A DNA stretch of 38,821 nucleotides. It comes from Euglena gracilis. Taxonomy: Eukaryota. Shown in pieces: positions 33,981 to 38,821 of the stretch (its first letter is position 1; the number at the start of each line of letters is the position of its first letter). The stretch covers positions 18,196,589 through 18,235,409 of the forward strand of contig CP154954.1 of the NCBI GenBank assembly GCA_039621445.1, given 5' to 3'. The translations under genes and the position numbers were made by a program. The notes below the pieces were generated by a model, which was given only the letters and a program-made list of their open reading frames with translations, did no database searches and was not told the DNA's origin.

Positions 33981-36900
33981 AGGGAATTCCTTCCAAATGT
34001 GTCCGAGGACAGTTTCAAAAATACCAAAAATGCCACATTTTGTTTACAAAAGTGCCAAAATCCCAAGAGCCAACCCCAAAATTCATTGTGCCCCAAATGC
34101 CAAAGTTTATTTTCCCAAAGTGCCAAAAAAAAGCTAAATGTTGGTTACTAAAGTGCCATCAATGCCGAACTTTGGTTGCCATTGCTAAAAATGCAAAATG
34201 TTGGTTGTGAAAGTGCTGGAAATGCAAATACCAAAGAGATTTTTGGTTACCAAAGTGTCCAAACCGGCACTTTGTTCACGACAAAATGCCAAGATTATTT
34301 CCCCAAAGTGCCAAAAATGACAAACTTGGTCATTTTCCATTTCCAGCTTGCTCACAAATTTTGAGTCCGTTCCAATTTCGCGACCTGAAGGGTCTTAACT
34401 CTTTGCCCTAAACAGGGACTCAGACCAGAACAGTGCCTAGGCCAAGGTTTTAGGGGGCACGGCGCTTTCGGCTTCTCAGGGGAGCGCTCCCCTAACTCTT
34501 GACCTAAACACAGTTCTTGGCATAAAGACCTCTGCCAATTTTACCAAACTCACAACCTTGAGATCCCACAGCCCCCTCCCCTCCCCTGGGGGGGGTTGGC
34601 GACAAAAAAATGTGATGAATTTTTCTCCACTGACCACAATCCCCCTGAAAAACAAAGGGACAAAAAACTCGCCAGGACATCCTAAACAACCCCTCTCCCC
34701 AAGTTTTGGACACACTGCATTTTGGGTGCATGCAAACTTGCCACGACCCCAAGTTTTGGACCCTGCCAGTGGCGGAAACACTGGTGGAAGCTGTTGTTAC
34801 GGAGGCTTTTCAGGCAGTCTGGTCTGAAGCTTTGCAGCGCGATCTCTGGCAGTTGAAGGAGGTGGAGGACCAGGAGAGTTCAGGGTTGCTTGGGACGCCT
34901 TCTTCCTTCATCCCCCCAGGGAGGCATTTGTTGGGGAGGGAGCAGTTGGCCCTCCCCCCCACTCACAAGAAAGAGTGGACCCCCCGATTCCCAGGCTCCA
35001 TCACGTTTGATGTCAGAATTGGGTTTGGGTCAGGGTTGGGATTAGCGATCAGGGTTCTGGGGTTTAGGCCCAAATTAGGCCTAATTTGGTCCAAATGGTG
35101 CCCCAAAATGAAAATGGATTCCAAACCCTACCTCCTGGAATTAACCCGAATCTTACCCGAAACAGGTGAACTTGCCCCACACAAGTGGCCCCACCCTGGC
35201 AGCACACCACCTACTCTCCCCCCCAGGTTACCCAGAGGCAGGGGCTGCTGAAAAAAGCTTGCCCCTGGTGCCCCCACCAGATTGGCCGCCCCTTGGGCGG
35301 CCTCGGACCCCCAAATGGCCAATCTGGGGGGGGGGACAATCTTGCACGTTCACCATTTTTGACCAAAATGGCCGATTTGGGAAGTACACCAGATTGTCCC
35401 CCCCCTCGAGATTGGCCTTTTGGGTTTTGTAAGATACCCAGGCCAAATTGGCCGTTTGGTATTCGGAAATTTACCGTGCCAAATTGGCCGTTTTTTGTCA
35501 TTTTTATACCCGTGAATTGGCCAAAAATTGGGGGGGAAAACTTGGAAAAAGTTTTACCCCCCCCCCCTTGTCCATTTATTTTCTTTCAAGCATTGGCGAC
35601 CAATGAATTGCCATTCCTTCTTTTCCAGGGCCAGTGGACAGTTGATGGCAAAGAATGAGCTGACAATTTTGCCACGTGACTTTTTTGGACAAAGGTTGGG
35701 CATGGCAGTTCTTTTCTGACCTGAAATGCTGAAATAGTAAGGAGGGACGACAGTAACATCGAGTTCCTGTTCAGCGTCTCTTTTTTCAGTAAGCTCACAC
35801 CCTGCAGCATCCCTGGTTTTATGGGCACACAGGGTGGGGGTGGTATTTCAAACCCCCACGGTTGGATTTTGTATTTTTTTTTTTTTTTTGTGTGTTTTGC
35901 AAAATTTGTCTTCTTTTGTGTTCATTTGTGTGTTTTTGTGTTTCCCCCCCCCCGGCAATTTCTCCGTTTCTGCAAGGATTTTTTTTTACTCAGAAAATTC
36001 TGCATTTTTATTCCGCCCCGATTTTCCCTCAGGCGAAAACGGTTTCTCATTTTTTGTTTTTATCGTATTTTTTGAAGTATGTGAGCAAAATCGAATTAAC
36101 ATTCATCTTAAAAATAGAATTCTTGTTTCAAAAAAAGCAAAAAGAATTTGTTTTTTGGATGTTTTACATTTTTTTTGCTGTTTTGATCATGCCTTTTCTT
36201 TTTTGGAGGAAGAAGAAGAGTGTCCAAAACATGCCACTATGCATAACAATGTTTTTGAAAACATTTCAACAACTCTGTCAAAAAAGCTCCAAAAACCTTG
36301 TTCGTTGGAGTTTTATTCAAAGTATCAATCCGTTTCAACAACAGGGGCATTTGATGTATTTGGCTATAATCGCCAGATGTTTCATATGCAAGTAGCCCAA
36401 GTATTTCCCCTCTCTTCCTCCCCCCCAGAATTTCCCTCCCATGAAACCCTGAGGGTGGCAAGCATTGGTGGATGAGGAGGAGTCGATGCGCAGGCTCAAT
36501 GGTTTGCCATTGCCATTGCTTTATTTTGTTTCCAAAGTCTTCAAGACCAGGCCAAAAAGACACTTTGACAACGAGCACCATCTCATTTCTCTGTGTTTTC
36601 TCCGATTGTTTTTCATAGGAGGGGTGATTGTGCACCACTTCCTGCTTGATCAGCTTGAGTTTTGTGAGTCTGAATGACATCGCTCTTGCAGAGTTTTTAT
36701 TACCGAATTTAATTCAACTTCATTGAATTATTTTTCTTTTGGCCACGAGCAACACCACACACACACGCACAGCCACCCACACCCAACACACAACCATACA
36801 TGTTCAAGCCGGCACTTTGAGGAGACCAGAAAAGATCTGCCAGGGTGGACACCACCCATACCCCCCCCCCCCCATAAAGCGACCCCCAACCCGGACATTG

Positions 36901-38522
36901 GTCCAAAAAAGGCCAAATTTTGACGGAGCCTTCAAAATAACCCAATTTCAGATTCTTTTCCGATCTGTTCACAAAGAGCTCTCTGAGATCTTTCTAAAAA
37001 TGCATAAGAAGTTGGCCCAAAACTACTAGGTATCTTCCTACCACCATACCCCCCTGATTGACCAGGTTTGCAGAAGTGCTGAGCTCTTTGCATAAAATGG
37101 CAATCTGGGGTGATGATGCCTGCAGGCTCTTGCTTGAGCGTTCGCGGTACCCCACCCCCGGGGGGCACTGAGCTGCAGCTAGTCCGAATTTGGTCAGTGG
37201 AATTCCTAGTGGACCCTCCGGGGGGTATGTTAATGGAATTACACCAGAGTTAATTACACCAATTTACTCACCTGGCCAGGCGGAGCAACAACAAAGCACT
37301 GGTGTGAGGGGCACTCACTGGGCACCAGGCCACTCACCACACAGCAAACTGGGCCAGAAGTGAAGCTAGCACCGGCCATAAACAGACAAGAAGCCTTAGT
37401 GCAACTAAGGGTCTCTAAAATTTTGACTCCCAAAACTTGCCGAAAATGCCCATTTTTGGCCATTTTTGGTATTTTTTTTTTGGAGCAGAATCATCCAAAA
37501 AATAAATATTAAAAATCTCATTTTCCCACTGCCGGAGGAATTGTTTTTCCCAGTTGGGGGATCCCTGGACCCCTCCCCCTGGGGGGGGGTCCGGAGTGTA
37601 GAGGGGGGGGTTCAGCACAAGTGGTTGGTTTTCGCGTTAAGTGAGATATTTTGGGGCATTTTGGTGGCAGTTTCTGGATCAAAAATTGATCTTTCCCAAG
37701 AATCTGGAAAATGAAGCAGAACCAAAGGAAATGTCCGGCAAATGAGGCCATTGGAACGCCCATCTAACCGTATTTTTACTTTCCCGTAACTCCGTACCAA
37801 GCCGGAGTGATGGCCATATTTATGCATTTGTTTATTTTATTTTTTTGTTTCTTTTATGGTCACGCGGCCCACCTTTTTTTGCCTGTTTTGAATTAGCCGT
37901 TCATCAGCCATTTTAGGACAAAAAAATCGCCCCCCCCCCAAATGTCTCGAAAATGATGGAATCACTGGAGACCTAAAATATAGCCCTGGAGACCCTTTAT
38001 CACCCCGCCGTGTAGGCCTCCAGGGCCAGCTGCACACTTTGTTTTTCTTTGTTAGTTGTTGTTTATTTGAGATTAATTTTTTTTGTATTCTTTATATTTT
38101 TAACACACAATTTTATTATTGAACCTTTTTCATTTATTTTTTTTGCTTTTTTCCCCTGATGTTTTTATTTTGCATTTTTTTGCTTCAATTTGTCTGCCAT
38201 TCTTTGTATCAGTTTTGATTTTCCTCCTTTTTTTTTCAAATTTCAGGGTTTGAATTGTGGTTGTGCTTTTGACACGTATCTGTTGCCCCCCACTGAGACA
38301 CTGCACAACCCAACGACCTCATTGTCTAACACCCAGGCGTTTGTCAAGGGCCCCGGGGAGTCACTGGCTAGCCACTAGAAGTGACTAGACACTGGCAAAA
38401 AGCCACTGACACCAAGCATTGAATTCTCACAAAGGAAAAATTTGGGGCATTGTTTCAAGCTGTTTCTCACCTCCCCAAACCTTTGCAGTAACATCCCAGG
38501 TTGACAAGGCAGAAGTTGAAAG

Positions 38523-38724
38523 CAGGGGTTTTTTTTTTTAAAGCCGTAGACCCCCCGGGGGGGGTAGGGTGGGTGGGTTCGGCCGGATATACTAATTTTT
38601 TGGCCTTTTTTTTTTGATTTTTGGCCATTTTTGGGGGAAAAGTGGGTGCCCCCCGGGACCCCCCCCCAAGAGGATGGGTGGGTCGGGGGGACCCCCCCTT
38701 CCCCCGGTCTTAAAAAAACCCCTG
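38523..38724. mobile_element. Small TIR element (MITE)
   Basis: TIR CAGGGGTTTTTTT / AAAAAAACCCCTG; no convincing TSD. Confidence 0.55.
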
Positions 38725-38821
38725 GAAGGTCTCAAACACGCATTCTGGGGGTTATGCATCCTGTATGTTGTGGTGACACATCTTAGGCACCCCAACTGAC
38801 ATCCCTGCTCGTCCTGGGGCA

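Noticed and set aside
36237-36680. VVHNHP in a minus-strand ORF as a MULE zinc-finger or HNH motif
   Set aside because: No accompanying Cys or catalytic residues are recognisable; three residues are insufficient.
1-38821. Abundant G/C homopolymers as a G-quadruplex system, and assignment of the host taxon
   Set aside because: The tracts are parts of TE ends and their lengths may include sequencing error; no diagnostic host gene is present to name the organism.

Overview
Eukaryotic, almost entirely transposon-derived window with long G/C and A/T homopolymers. No intact host gene can be supported, and nearly all ORFs in the supplied track are repeat translations. Supported from the sequence: (1) A decayed Crypton-like tyrosine-recombinase gene (~1230-2438, +), split by an 8-bp-TSD MITE. 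(2) A decayed CRE-like non-LTR retrotransposon (RT + Cys/His knuckle + restriction-like endonuclease, ~14960-20350, -), readable across six later insertions. (3) Many non-autonomous DNA elements assignable by TSD length (hAT-like 8 bp, MULE-like 9 bp, Tc1/mariner-like TA, Harbinger-like 3 bp), nested up to four levels deep. (4) tRNA-like cassettes carried inside one TIR family. (5) Several satellites and a few orphan coding-like fragments. The most striking signal is three sequence-distinct families (called P, B and E here; six hairpin ends in the window) that share one terminal grammar. It reads TTTC | T-N7-8-AATTGTG, a 100-140 bp near-perfect palindrome ending CACA(A/G)TT, then an asymmetric inverted repeat containing AA(A/C)CGTG whose partner forms the far terminus, with no TSD. 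One copy sits directly upstream of the tyrosine recombinase, and two carry a module of three evenly spaced lox/res-like palindromes. Superfamily names are inferred from motifs and TSD lengths only; no database search was possible.
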